Below, in pieces: positions 1 to 11,014 of a DNA stretch of 64,000 bases. The translations under genes were made by a program, and so were the position numbers. Source of the DNA: an uncultured bacterium (GTDB lineage Bacteria; Verrucomicrobiota; Verrucomicrobiia; Limisphaerales; UBA8199); NCBI GenBank assembly GCA_963749495.1, contig CAVVMW010000022.1:1-64000 (forward strand), written 5' to 3'. The notes beneath the pieces were generated by a model. That model was not told the origin of the DNA. It made no database searches and saw only the letters and a program-made list of their open reading frames with translations. Each line of letters begins with the position of its first letter. Positions within the stretch are counted from its first letter, which is position 1.

Positions 1-256
1 GAATGACCGAGGGTTTGAAAGCCGAACTTCCCACGGCGGTTGCCCGCGTTCGCGGCGGTAGGGGAAAGAGGCCAGGCGACCCGGCGGAAATCTCCTCCGT
101 TCGCGCCCCCCATTCCACCCGCTCGCGCGGCCCGGCCGAATGGCCCTCCAGACGTTCCACCATTCGGCTGGCCGCCCATCCTCGCGTTCCGGACCCGGCC
201 CCTGCTCGCCCGGCCAAGCTGACGCCTAGCTCGGCTCGCGCCCACCGCTTCGTGGA

Positions 257-470
257 GGGGGCAGTCCTAGAAAAGTGACAATATTGGGCTTGATTGGAGC
301 TGGCGGTTGGAGGTGGGCTGGCAGGACCGTGGCAAGACCGGTTCGCATCCAGTACCCTGGGGCGGTTTATGGTGGAACGCGGCAACCACGGCCGGCAAGT
401 CTTTGGCGACAATCAGGATCGCAAAACGTCACAATTCTAGGACTGACCCTTTGACTTTGACCCCTTTGAC
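257..470 (+). mobile_element. Small inverted-repeat element containing a deleted Y1/RAYT (HUH) transposase 5' remnant
   Basis: IR GGGGCAGTCCTAGAAAAGTGAC (258-279) vs GTCACAATTCTAGGACTGACCC (428-449), 19/22 match. Inside, 329-426 reads VARPVRIQYPGAVY then ERGNHGRQVFGDNQDRK, a RAYT N-terminal motif. End echo TGACCCTTTGAC..TGACCCCTTTGAC at 444-470. Confidence 0.75.
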
Positions 471-665
471 GAGGCGCCGGCAACCGCCGGCGCGGCAAAA
501 CAGGCAAATTCCCACCAGTCTTTCTTGGCGCCGCTGGAGCAGCGGTCGCCGGGTTCTCCACGGCGAGACTCTTCAGCCCCGAGCCCGCGAAAGACAACAT
601 GCGCCTGCCTCTGCAACGTGGCGCTTGACCGTCCTCGGGCCCGGTCTTAGTGTGTTCTAAATGAT

Positions 666-902
666 ATGAGCACTGGTGCGATCGAGAAAGAGGCTTTGGC
701 CTTGCCCCTGGAAGACCGTGCGCGCCTGGCCGGAAAGCTCTTGGAAAGCTTGGACAAGGAGATTTCCGGCCCGCTGAGCGAGGCGTGGCAGGAAGAGATC
801 GGGCGTTGCCGCGAGGAGGTCAGGCAAGGAAAAGTGAAACCCGTGGCCGGGGAAGAAGTCTCACGCAAGGCTTGGGAGTTGGTGAAGTCCGCAGCTCCCT
901 GA
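666..902 (+). CDS. Putative addiction-module antitoxin (TIGR02574-like), no adjacent toxin
   Basis: 78 aa with EALALPLEDRARLAGKLLESLD...AWQEEIGRCREEV..GKVKPV pattern. Confidence 0.8.
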   Translation: MSTGAIEKEALALPLEDRARLAGKLLESLDKEISGPLSEAWQEEIGRCREEVRQGKVKPVAGEEVSRKAWELVKSAAP

Positions 903-1056
903 CATGACGTGCTCGGCTGCTGGTGAGGCGTGGATCGCCCGCCGCCCCCGGTGAAATTGCCGTCCAAGAAATGGCGCGACCTGATCCTCCGTCCCGCTCC
1001 GAGCGCGATTGACCCGCCGCTCTGTCCCGTCTGCCACAATCCCTTCGCGATGGAGC

Positions 1057-2817
1057 TCACCGCTTGCGCAAGAAGAGGAGCAGCAGCAGGAACAACAGGA
1101 CCTGGAGCAGGACCAGGCCGAGGATGACGGGGAACATGCGGAAGCGGGATTTCCACACCTGGGGCGCCTGCAAACGGCTGCAGCGGTTGGTCATCTCGAC
1201 CCGTTCGTAATCGTCCAACTCGGCCTTGATCTGGGCGGCAGACTGATAGCGCAGCCGGGGGTCGCGCTCCATGGCGTGCAAGATGATCTCTTCGAGCACG
1301 GGAGTCAGCTTGGGATTGGCCTTTCGGGGCGCGATCGGGTTGCCCGTGACACGGGCGTTCATGATGACATAGGCGCTGTCCCCGCCGAACGGGGTTTCGC
1401 CGGTGGCCATTTCATAGAGGATGGCGCCCAGGCTGTAGATGTCGGTCCGGGCGTTGCCGCGGCTGCCTTTGACCTGTTCCGGGGCCATGTAATCGGGCGT
1501 GCCCATCGCCGGGGTAAAGCCCACAAAGGTGAGGCGGCGGGAACTCTGCGCCCGCGCGATGCCGAAATCCATGATGCGGATGGAGCCGTCCTCGCAGAGC
1601 ATGATGTTTTGCGGTTTCAAGTCCCGATGAATGACCCCGCGCTGGTGCATGTATTGGAGGGCCTCGCAGATGCGGCTGGCGATCTTGGCCGCATCGGGCT
1701 CCGGCAGCGGCCGGACGTGCTTGAGGAGTTCGCTCAGGGTCTGGCCGTTGAGGTACTCCATCACGATGTAAGGGCGGCTCTTCTTTTGGACCGGCACAAT
1801 CTTGAGGATGTAGGGATGGTCCAGTTGCAGGCCGATTTCCTCCTCGCGCCGGAACCGGTCGAAGCCCGCAGGGTTGCTTTCGATCTGCAGGAAGGGCACC
1901 TTGATGGCCACTTCCGACCCGGTCTGTTGGTCATTGGCCTTGAAGAGCGAGGCCATCCCGCTCTTGGCAATGATGCCGGTGATCTCGAACCGCCCGTCCA
2001 GCAGATGCCCCACGCCCAGTTCTTTGCCAAGTGCCCCGGGCCCCGGCGAGGCCGCCGGGCTGGCCGCCTGCCCTTGCTCCAGGTCCCACACTTGCACGAT
2101 CTGGATGGAGACGTTGTCGCTGACCTGGCGCCGCTCCGCCAAACCGATGAGCCGTTTGCAGGCCTCGCCGGGATGGTACTTGACCACGGCCTCGAGGATT
2201 TCCTCGTCCAGGACATAACCGTAGAGGCCGTCCGAGCATTGCAGGACGAGGTCGCCCTTGGCCAGGGGCTCGCTGGCCATATCATAGTGGCACATCGGTT
2301 CGTAGCCGATGCTGCGGGTCAATGTGGACCGGTGCGGGCTGGTCATGGCGTTACGTTCCAGGAGCAAGCCCAACTTGACCTGCAAGGCCGTGTAGGAATG
2401 GTCCGTGGTCAGCCGCTTGATTTTCCCCCCGCGAACCAGGTAGGCCCGCGAATCGCCCACGTGGGCAACAGTGACTTTGTCCTGGCGAAAAATCGCCGCC
2501 AGCAGCGTGGTAGCCATCCGGCCCTTTTGCTGGGCCGCCTGGAACACCTGCGCGGCGGCGGCATCGAACATGGCGCGGACCAGGTCCGCCGTCGAGGTCT
2601 CCGCCTTGGCTTGGCGGAAAACCGCCTGCGCCGTCTCGGCGGCCAACCGGCTGGCAATGTCCCCGTTGCCCTCCCCGCCGACCCCGTCGGCCAGGATGGC
2701 AACGCTCCCCGTTTCCTGGCGGCGATGGAATTCTTCGGGCTCCCAGAAGAGAAGAAAGTCCTCGTTATGCTCGCGGACAGCTCCGGCGCTGGAAAGCTGG
2801 TGGCATTTGACTTTCAT
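1057..2817 (-). CDS. PP2C phosphatase - Ser/Thr kinase fusion with C-terminal TM helix
   Basis: PP2C motifs REHNED, LADGVGG, HVGDSRAY, CSDGL, DNVS; kinase motifs VAIK, HRDLKPQN, DFG, GTPDYMAPE; hydrophobic C-tail. Start placed at MKVKCHQ. Confidence 0.92.
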   Translation of the reverse strand: MKVKCHQLSSAGAVREHNEDFLLFWEPEEFHRRQETGSVAILADGVGGEGNGDIASRLAAETAQAVFRQAKAETSTADLVRAMFDAAAAQVFQAAQQKGRMATTLLAAIFRQDKVTVAHVGDSRAYLVRGGKIKRLTTDHSYTALQVKLGLLLERNAMTSPHRSTLTRSIGYEPMCHYDMASEPLAKGDLVLQCSDGLYGYVLDEEILEAVVKYHPGEACKRLIGLAERRQVSDNVSIQIVQVWDLEQGQAASPAASPGPGALGKELGVGHLLDGRFEITGIIAKSGMASLFKANDQQTGSEVAIKVPFLQIESNPAGFDRFRREEEIGLQLDHPYILKIVPVQKKSRPYIVMEYLNGQTLSELLKHVRPLPEPDAAKIASRICEALQYMHQRGVIHRDLKPQNIMLCEDGSIRIMDFGIARAQSSRRLTFVGFTPAMGTPDYMAPEQVKGSRGNARTDIYSLGAILYEMATGETPFGGDSAYVIMNARVTGNPIAPRKANPKLTPVLEEIILHAMERDPRLRYQSAAQIKAELDDYERVEMTNRCSRLQAPQVWKSRFRMFPVILGLVLLQVLLFLLLLLFLRKR

Positions 2818-2893
2818 CAGGGTCCAAGGTAGGGGCAAACGGCGGGGAAATAAAGGGAGCTTTGCGCCCAGGACTGCCAATGGGGAATTCATA

Positions 2894-2930
2894 GTCTGAC
2901 CTGTCTGACCTGTCCGACCTGTCTGACTGG
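2894..2930. repeat. 9-nt tandem repeat (GTCTGACCT)x~4
   Basis: Seen directly. Confidence 0.8.
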
Positions 2931-2943
2931 CTCTCTGAACCGA

Positions 2944-2975
2944 AACCCGGCCATCCCGCGAGGGATGGCCGGGTT
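2944..2975. terminator. Strong hairpin (terminator or mRNA stabiliser) between permease and kinase genes
   Basis: AACCCGGCCATCCC-GCGA-GGGATGGCCGGGTT: perfect 14-bp stem, weak U-tract. Confidence 0.6.
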
Positions 2976-3001
2976 CTCGCTACGACTGCACCTCCTCTCT
3001 A

Positions 3002-5016
3002 TCAAGTTTGGACGGCGGGCCTCTCGCCCAGGAACACGGGACGCGCCAGCTTCGCGCTCCGGCTCCTGAAATAGAGCAGCCCGTAGATACCCCACGCCGC
3101 GACGACGCCCAAGGCGACATACGGTTCGGTCTTGTTCATGCCCGGCACCATCCAGGGGCCGATCAGGTAGAACAGCATGCACAAGAAGTTCGCCACCAGG
3201 CCGAAGGCCGGGACGAACAGGTGTTTGAACCCATTGAAACTATGGTGCTCTTTGAAGGCCACCATGGCGATGACACAGGTGGTCATGTAAAGCAGGAACG
3301 TGCCGAAGTTGCTGATCAGGGTGATGATCAGGAGGGTGTTGGGCAGCTTGGTGTAGGCCGCGGGCGAGAAAATGCCGAAGCTGTACCAGAGGTTGTGCTT
3401 GTCGAGGGCGGCCGGGGCGGTGGATTGGCCGCCCAGGTAAATCGTCACCGCAATCATGCCGATGAAGGCGGAGAGGATAGCCAGCGTCCAGATCGCCCGG
3501 TGGGGGGAGAGCAGCCGCCCGTGCAACAGGCCGAAATGCGATGGCACCTCGTCGTCGCGTCCCATGGCATAGGTGACCCGGGCGCCGGTGTTGATGCAGG
3601 ACAAGGTTGTGCCGATCAAGGCCAGGAACACGGTCATGGCCTGCACGAGCATGAAGGCCCTGCCCGCGGCGTAGCTGCCGAAGAGCCAGGTGCCGACGAT
3701 GACCATCATGTCCCCCAAGGGCGCGCCCGAGGCCCCCGCGTTGGCGAGCGTGTAGCCGTTGTGCAGCAGGTAGTTCGCGGCAAAGTACTCGATCAAGTAG
3801 CAGACGGCGCCTTGAATCACCAGCGAGAGCAAGACCGCGCGCGGGATATCGCGTTTGGCGTTTTTGGCCTCTTCACCCATGGCGGTGACCGACTCGAAGC
3901 CGACCAGGATGAGAATCGCGATGCAGGCCTGGATGAACATGAAACTGAAGCCGTGCGGCGCGATGACCGAACCGGGCGTGCGATGGAAGTTGAAGGTCTG
4001 CGGGTCCTTCGCATCGCCCGGCTTGCCGGTGACCGCTTCCTCGGGCTTGTAGCTGACCGTGAAGGGGTCCGCCACCGCGCGTCCATCCTTGAGCACCAGC
4101 TTGCCCTCGGCGTCCTTTTGCAGAACCGGGTAGGGATCGCCTTCCGCGATGCCGGCGGGCAACGGGATAGCTTTGTTGGCCAGGTCCTCCTTGGCCACGG
4201 CGCGGTCCTGGGTCTTATAGGCCGGCTGGCCCTTGTCGTCGGTCTTGGGCGTCCCGTCGGCCCAGGTGTCCTGGACCGGCTTGCCTTTGTCGTCGGTGAC
4301 GTTGACTTGTTCGACCTGGTAATTGACGGCGATGCCGTTGGAGAGGTGGATGCCCACCGCGCCCTGCGGGTGCTGCGCGCGGTAAGCGATGGCGAGGATG
4401 GAGAAGACCAGCAGGGCGCTGATCTGGATGACGTTAATGGCCACGTTGACCCCGGTCGAGCCGTTGACGCCGCGGTAGGCGATGTAGGCCACGCCCAAGG
4501 CGAAAACCATGCAGAACAGGTACATGAACAGCGGGCTGTTGTAGGTGCCGCTGAAGGTGTCGGGCCAGAACTGGCTGGCCAGGTAACCGCCCAGGATGGC
4601 CGTCACACCGACCATGCACCCGGGATAAACCCAGTAATACAAGTGGCTGGCCCAGCCGGTGAAAAACTTGGCCACGCGCGCAAAGCGATAGGCCCGCGTC
4701 TTGGACAGAAAGGCCTGCTCCGCATAGAGGTAGGAAGAGCCGGCCCCGGAAAGAGCTTCGACAATTCGGCATAGCTGATGGCGGTCGCAAAGCAAAGCAA
4801 CAGCGCCGCCAGAATGCCAAACCACATGGCGCAGCCGGCCATCGGCGCGCCGTAGAGCGACTGCATCTGGAATGTCAGCCACAAGAATGCGCCCGGCGCG
4901 ATGAGCGCCATGGCGTTGACGGTCAGTCCCGTCAGCCCCAGGGTTGGTTTGGCGGTGGCGGGCCGCTCCCGGCCGCCTGAAGGTGTGCCGCCTGATCTTG
5001 TTGGTGCGTTTGCCAT
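3002..5016 (-). CDS. APC-family (amino acid permease) transporter with large extracytoplasmic insert; 1-nt frameshift near 4745
   Basis: N-terminal ORF (NAMALIAPGAFLW, ISYAELSKLFPG) joins the GSSYLYAEQ frame if one G is added to a G-run; VGFES and GEEAKNAKRDIPRA motifs. Confidence 0.88.
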
Positions 5017-5146
5017 AATTATTCTCTGGTCCGTTGCTATGCTAACTTGAATAAAGCCCGCCGGATTCGCGCTCCCGCCGGCGTCCAGTCCGGCTCCAGG
5101 CTGCGCGGTTCAATTCCAGCATTGCCTTTTTCATGTCAGCCCCTTT

Positions 5147-5162
5147 AGCAGCGGGGATGCCA
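5147..5162 (-). promoter_or_regulatory. Candidate sigma-54 (-24/-12) promoter
   Basis: Minus strand TGGCATCCCCGCTGCT fits GG-N10-GC / TGGCA..TGCW, ~130 nt upstream of the permease. Confidence 0.5.
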
Positions 5163-5199
5163 GCCTTACCCGGGCCGGGTCCGGCAACACAAAAAGCCC

Positions 5200-5220
5200 A
5201 TTTTTATGGGATTTTTATGG
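5200..5220. promoter_or_regulatory. 11-bp-period direct repeat (ATTTTTATGG)x2, candidate response-regulator (KdpE-like) site
   Basis: Exact 10-mers at 5200-5209 and 5211-5220 in otherwise GC-rich DNA. Confidence 0.45.
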
Positions 5221-5308
5221 AATAGGGTAAATTCCCCACCCCGGCGGAACTGTTCCGATTTGCCCAGCGGAGATATAAAGGAACAAGACCCTCGACCCTC
5301 GCCCCGGC

Positions 5309-7294
5309 CTACACCCGGATCGGCAGGATGAGCAGGGGCAGGCCCTGCTGGTAGAATCGGCGCTGGAGCGCGAAGACCGCGTAGTTGTGCAGGATGCGCG
5401 TGAGGAAGGTCTCCTGCCGGAAGACCAGTTGGCCGCCGAAGAAGATGCCGTTGGGGAAGCGTTTCAGGATTGCCGGCGCCAGTTCGCTCGCCTTTTGGAC
5501 CACGTTGATGCCCAGGTCCGCCACCGCCTCGGCGTAGAAACCCCGCGCGCGCATGTAGTCCACATACCGCTGGTTGCCCTGCTCGATGTGGCGCCTGAGG
5601 TTCTCCACCTCGGCCGCGCCCTTGAAGTTGCCTGCGTCCACCACACCGATCTGGACGAAAACGAAATTCTTGAACACGCCTGAGAACATGCGCTGCACGC
5701 CCAGGAGCGTGTGCAGGCCCAGCCCGTTGAATCCATTGACCAGCACAATGGCCGTTTTGCTCTTGGGATCCAGGACCGGGGCCGGTTTGGGCCCCGCGGT
5801 GTCCTGGGCGGGCCCTCCAATTTCAACGGCCTCAACGAGGTCGTCCAGGCGGCGCAGGTCTTGCGCGGTCTGGTTGTAATGGCGTTTGATGAGAAACGCC
5901 AGGGTGACGAGCAAGGCGGTCACCAGCAGAGTGACCCAGCCGCCTTCGTGGAATTTCATGGCGCTCAGGGTGACCAGGATGAAGGCCGTCAGGGCCGTGC
6001 CCACGCCGTTGATGGCGAGTTTGGCCCTCCAGCGGGCCGCGCCCCGGCGCTCCTGCCACCAATGGCGGACCATGCCCAGTTGCGACAAGGTGAAGGTGAT
6101 GAAGACGTTGATGCTATAAAGGACCACCAGCAAATCCACCGAACCGCCGGTCGAGACCATCAGGAGCGCGGCGAATCCGCCCATCATCAGGATGCCGTTG
6201 TAGGTAACGAAACGGTCGCTCAGAGTGGCGAAGCGCGAGGGGAACCACCGATCCAGGGCCATGTTCGCCAGGACACGCGGGCCGTCGAGGAAGCCGGTCT
6301 GGGCGGCCACGAAGAGCAAGGCTGCTTCCGAGGCGAGTGTGATGAGCATGAACCCCAGGGCGCTGCCGTGAGGCCACGAGGCCGTGAGCCGCCCGAAGAG
6401 CACCGCGTTGAGCGTCTTGCCCTCCTCTGGCGAGACGCGAAAGAGCAGATACCCGGTGAGCAGGCCGGCCACCGTCACTGACAAGGAAACGGCCATATAC
6501 CGCATCGTGCGCTTGCCGGTCTGCACGCGCGGCTCGCGCAGGATGGGCAGGCCGTTGCTGACTGCCTCGATCCCCGTGTAGGTGCCCGCCCCCATGCTAT
6601 ACGAGCGCAGCACCAGCATCGCCATGCCCAGCCAGCCCAGGCTCTGGCGCGAAGCCGATAAATCCGCCGAGGCGTGCTGCCAGACCGCCGGCAGGTCCGC
6701 CAGGTGCGTCCAGAGCGCGTAGGCAATGACGAAGGCATGGGTCAGAACGAAGGTGATGAAGATCGGGACCCAGGGCAGCACGGCCTCCTTGGCCCCGCGC
6801 AGGTTGAGCAAGGTGAGGGCGCAGACGCCGGCCACCTCAAAGGGCACTTTGTACTGCAAAACGCCGTGCGGCATGAGGCTGAAGAGCGCGTCCGTGCCGC
6901 TGGCGACCGAGAGGGTGATCGTCAGCACATAGTCAATCAGCAGCGCCGAGCCGGACACGACGCCCAGCGTGGGCGAGAGCAGCTTGCTGGCAACCAGGTA
7001 GCCGCCCCCGCCGGTGGGAAACAACTCGATGATCTGCGAGTAGCTTGTGCTGATGACGAACACCGTGACGACCGTCGCCGCGCCCACCAGCAGGCTCAAA
7101 TAAATGTGGCCGTTCAAGGCCTTGAAGGCCTCCTCCGGGCCATAGCACGAGGAGGACAATCCATCCGCGCCCAGCCCGACCCACGCGAAAAAGGCGATGA
7201 GAGAGAGTTTGTGGAAGAGGGTTTTATCGGACAGATCGCGTGATTTGCCGATCAGGGCCGTCTTGAGCCTGCCGCCCAGGTTGTTCTCTGCCAT
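5309..7294 (-). CDS. KimA/YdaO-like APC-superfamily transporter, probable K+ uptake
   Basis: GADGLSSSCYGPEE, GGGGYLVAS, LLIDYVLT and YTGIEAVSNG motifs plus a cytoplasmic C-terminal domain; start MAENNLGG. Confidence 0.8.
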   Translation of the reverse strand: MAENNLGGRLKTALIGKSRDLSDKTLFHKLSLIAFFAWVGLGADGLSSSCYGPEEAFKALNGHIYLSLLVGAATVVTVFVISTSYSQIIELFPTGGGGYLVASKLLSPTLGVVSGSALLIDYVLTITLSVASGTDALFSLMPHGVLQYKVPFEVAGVCALTLLNLRGAKEAVLPWVPIFITFVLTHAFVIAYALWTHLADLPAVWQHASADLSASRQSLGWLGMAMLVLRSYSMGAGTYTGIEAVSNGLPILREPRVQTGKRTMRYMAVSLSVTVAGLLTGYLLFRVSPEEGKTLNAVLFGRLTASWPHGSALGFMLITLASEAALLFVAAQTGFLDGPRVLANMALDRWFPSRFATLSDRFVTYNGILMMGGFAALLMVSTGGSVDLLVVLYSINVFITFTLSQLGMVRHWWQERRGAARWRAKLAINGVGTALTAFILVTLSAMKFHEGGWVTLLVTALLVTLAFLIKRHYNQTAQDLRRLDDLVEAVEIGGPAQDTAGPKPAPVLDPKSKTAIVLVNGFNGLGLHTLLGVQRMFSGVFKNFVFVQIGVVDAGNFKGAAEVENLRRHIEQGNQRYVDYMRARGFYAEAVADLGINVVQKASELAPAILKRFPNGIFFGGQLVFRQETFLTRILHNYAVFALQRRFYQQGLPLLILPIRV

Positions 7295-7446
7295 GAGGTG
7301 TTGAACGCAAAAAACGACACCCCCTTGCGCCGCGCGAGTGCCGGCTAACACCGCCGGCCTGCTTCGGCGCGCAGAGAGCGTCGCTTTTCGTGCGGAAACC
7401 CTGGCACGAAACCGATGGGGGAGGTAATAAAAATCCGGGAGAAAAA

Positions 7447-7466
7447 CATTAAAAAAACATAAAAAT
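7447..7466 (-). promoter_or_regulatory. KdpE-box-like T-rich direct repeat upstream of the KimA-like gene
   Basis: Minus strand ATTTTTATGTTTTTTTAATG resembles the E. coli kdpFABC KdpE site (ATTTTTATACTTTTTTTACAC, from memory). Confidence 0.4.
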
Positions 7467-7474
7467 CGGGATTT

Positions 7475-7499
7475 TTGAGAATTGACTATCAATTATCAA
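7475..7499. promoter_or_regulatory. Fur/Zur-family operator palindrome
   Basis: TTGAGAATTGA-CTA-TCAATTATCAA: 11-3-11 inverted repeat with 1 mismatch, directly upstream of the fur-family gene. Confidence 0.7.
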
Positions 7500-7517
7500 A
7501 AGTGCAGATTGCGGTGT

Positions 7518-7898
7518 GTGGGTTACCTGACACGCCAGAAGCAGGTCTTGGGCGCGGTGTTCGAAACGGCGAAAGGGCCGTTGACCGCCAGCCAGGTCTG
7601 CGAGGCCGCCCGGAAGGAGCTTCCGTCCGTGGGCATCGCCACCGTGTATCGGGCGATCCGGCAGTTTGTGGCCGAGGGGCGGGTTCGCGCGGTGGAACTG
7701 CCCGGGGCCGCCCCGCATTACGAGAGCGCGGCCGGCGACCACCACCATTTTTTTCTGTGCCAGCAGTGCAAGAAGCTGTTCGACCTGGCCGGCTGCAGGG
7801 GGGGCTTCAACTCGCTGGCCCCGAGGGGCTTTCGAGTCCAGCACCACGAGATTGTCCTCTACGGCGAATGCGCCTCCTGCACCCGCAAGGCCCAATGA
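7518..7898 (+). CDS. Fur-family transcriptional regulator (Zur-like)
   Basis: TRQK, VGIATVYRAI, HHHFFLCQQC and YGECASC motifs; GTG start. Confidence 0.9.
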   Translation: MGYLTRQKQVLGAVFETAKGPLTASQVCEAARKELPSVGIATVYRAIRQFVAEGRVRAVELPGAAPHYESAAGDHHHFFLCQQCKKLFDLAGCRGGFNSLAPRGFRVQHHEIVLYGECASCTRKAQ

Positions 7899-8773
7899 AG
7901 CGTATGAGAGTGACTCTGGTTCTAATCCTGCTGTGCCTTGCCCCAACGGGGCCTGCCGCGCAAGGGCCCGGAAAGCCGTTCACGGTCCTCTGCTCGTTCT
8001 ACCCGATGTACGTGATGACGTTGAACGTGGCGGGCGGCACCGACGGGGTCAAAGTGGAGTGCCTGACCGAGCCTTTCGTGGGTTGTCTTCACGATTACCA
8101 ACTCACCCCCGCCAACCTGAAAACCCTTGGGACCGCCGATGTCTTCATCGCCAACGGGGCGGGGATGGAGGCCTTCCTCGACAAGGCGGTCGGACAATGT
8201 CCGCGCCTCAAAATCATCGAGGCCAGCCGGGGCATCCAACTGGCATTCCATGATAATCCGCATGTCTGGCTGAGCATTGGCAACGCGAGCCAGGAGACAA
8301 AGAACATCGCCCGGGGATTGGCGGCGGCCGACCCGGCGCGCGCGGCTGCCTATGCGGAAAACGCCGCGGGTTACGCCCGGCGGCTGGAAGAGCTGCGCCT
8401 GGACATGAACGCGGCACTGGCTCACCTGAAGAACCGGAACATCATCACCTTCCACGAGGCCTTCCCCTATTTTGCCCGCGAGTTCAACCTCAACATCGTC
8501 GGGGTGGTCGAGCGCGAGCCCGGTTCCGAGCCCAGTGCCGGAGAACTGGCCGGGATCATCCGGATGGTGCGCCAGGCCAAAGTAAAGGCGCTGTTTGCCG
8601 AACCGCAATACCCGGCCAGGAGCGCCAAGGTCATCCGCCGGGAAACCGGCGTGCCGGTCAGCACCCTGGACCCGGCGGTGACCGGTCCAAGGGAGCCGGC
8701 CAAGGCCCGCGATTCCTATATCCTGACCATGAAAGAAAACCTTAAGGTGCTGGTCAACGCGCTCAAAGATTGA
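7895..8773 (+). CDS. znuA: Metal (Zn/Mn) ABC transporter substrate-binding protein
   Basis: Signal peptide, LHDYQLTP, NPHVWLS, HEAFPYFA; ATGA overlap with the fur gene. Confidence 0.85.
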   Translation: MKRMRVTLVLILLCLAPTGPAAQGPGKPFTVLCSFYPMYVMTLNVAGGTDGVKVECLTEPFVGCLHDYQLTPANLKTLGTADVFIANGAGMEAFLDKAVGQCPRLKIIEASRGIQLAFHDNPHVWLSIGNASQETKNIARGLAAADPARAAAYAENAAGYARRLEELRLDMNAALAHLKNRNIITFHEAFPYFAREFNLNIVGVVEREPGSEPSAGELAGIIRMVRQAKVKALFAEPQYPARSAKVIRRETGVPVSTLDPAVTGPREPAKARDSYILTMKENLKVLVNALKD

Positions 8774-8792
8774 GCCGGGGGGCGAGCAAGCT

Positions 8793-9576
<784 letters not shown>

Positions 9577-9593
<17 letters not shown>

Positions 9594-10446
9594 TCTCATT
9601 GGCCGCTTGCCCTTCGAGTGGACGCAGTTCGCCTTCATGCGCACGGCGTTGCTGGCGGTCCTGCTCGCCTCGCCCCTCTTTGCGTTGATGGGGACGCTGG
9701 TGGTCAACAACCGGATGGCCTTCTTCTCCGAGGCCATCGGGCATGCCTCCCTTACGGGCGTCGGGCTGGGGGTGCTGCTGGGACTGGCCGATCCGTTTTG
9801 GGCGCTGCTGGCCTTCGGTCTGATCCTGGGTTTTGGCATCATCTGGCTCCAGCGCTTCACCCGCGCGACCATGGACACGGTCATTTCGCTGAGCATGTCC
9901 TTCAGCATCGCCCTGGGCGTGGCGCTGCTCTCGCGGGGCGGCAACTTCAACCGGTTCAGCCACTACCTGGTGGGCGACCTCTTGAGCATCACCCCCGGCG
10001 AGGTCCGCCAGCTCCTGCTCACGACCGTCCTGGTAGGCGGGGGCCTGCTCCTGGCCTACAACCGGATCCTGCTGGTGGGCCTCAACGAATCCCTGGCCCG
10101 CAGCCGCGGCCTGAGCGCCTGGTGGACGCAGATGCTCTTTTGCGCCGCCGTGGTGATGGTGGTGACCATGAACCTGAGCTGGGTGGGACTGCTGATCATC
10201 AATTCCCTGCTCATTGTCCCCGCCGCCGGGGCGCGCAACCTGGCCAACAATGCCCGCCAATACGTCCTCTATGCCGTGGCTATCGCCCTCCTCTCCGGTG
10301 TCGCCGGGTTGATCGTCTCCTTCTACGCCAACACCGCCACCGGCGCCTCGATCGTGCTCGTCGCCGCAGGCTGCTTCGTGATCACCCTGGCCGTCAAAGC
10401 CGCGCGGAGCGCGGGCGGCGCACGACAGAATTCTTCGGGTGCATGA
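9577..10446 (+). CDS. znuB: Metal ABC transporter permease (ABC-3)
   Basis: RMAFFSEAIGHASLTG, YLVGDLL, LLIVPAAGAR; the 3' end runs into a repeat element. Confidence 0.88.
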
Positions 10447-10678
10447 TGGAACCGGCGGCGCGTGCTCTGGACGCCAAAGGCGTCGTTCAGAGGGTAAGGG
10501 AGTGGCCTTGCGGCCAGCCCCTTACCCTCTGAACCAGGCCTTCGGCCTGGAGGCCAGCGTGCCAACCCAAGCCTGGCATCAGGGGGAGGACCAACCGGTG
10601 TATTAATATGGCCCTCATGATACGAAGGCTCCCGAAATCCTCCCAAATCACAGGGTTAGAAGAATTTCGTCATACGCC
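10417..10678. mobile_element. TIR-bounded MITE/REPIN-like element (envelope type E)
   Basis: GGCGCACGACAGAATTCT...AGAATTTCGTCATACGCC imperfect TIR; the left ~65 nt recur inverted at ~15439-15500 and ~50537-50598. Confidence 0.55.
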
Positions 10679-10741
10679 CGAGCGCGGACCGCCACGCAAA
10701 AAGGAGTTGATCGCGCCATGGCAGCGTGGAAGAATCCAATT

Positions 10742-11014
10742 ATGAGCGCAACAGCAGTCCGAGAGAATTACGAGGTCACGTTGCCCCGGGAGGTCCGGGA
10801 AGCCGCCGGACTCAAGATTAACGACCGGGTTGAATGGCGCTTCGAGGAGGGTGAGATACGTGGACGCAAGCTCGTTCCCCAATCGGACGCGAAGCGGATC
10901 ACCGGAAAACTCGTCAAGAAGGGGGAGGCATTGGTATTGGAGATCCCCGAGGGTTACAAACTCGAACCGGACGCAATCGGCCGCGCCGTGCGTGAGGAAA
11001 GGGATAGCCGGTGA
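10742..11014 (+). CDS. AbrB/MazE/SpoVT-family antitoxin
   Basis: VRENYEVTLPREVREAAGLKINDRVEW; GTGA overlap with the PIN gene. Confidence 0.85.
   Translation: MSATAVRENYEVTLPREVREAAGLKINDRVEWRFEEGEIRGRKLVPQSDAKRITGKLVKKGEALVLEIPEGYKLEPDAIGRAVREERDSR

Noticed and set aside
1009..2832. Long antisense ORFs (also 3008-4774, 12136-14943, 20016-22202, 42213-44243, 57038-58450)
   Set aside because: Shadows of real genes on the opposite strand in high-GC DNA; no recognisable motifs.
7295..7446. c-di-AMP (ydaO) riboswitch upstream of the KimA-like gene
   Set aside because: No recognisable conserved ydaO motifs by eye; an Infernal search would settle it.
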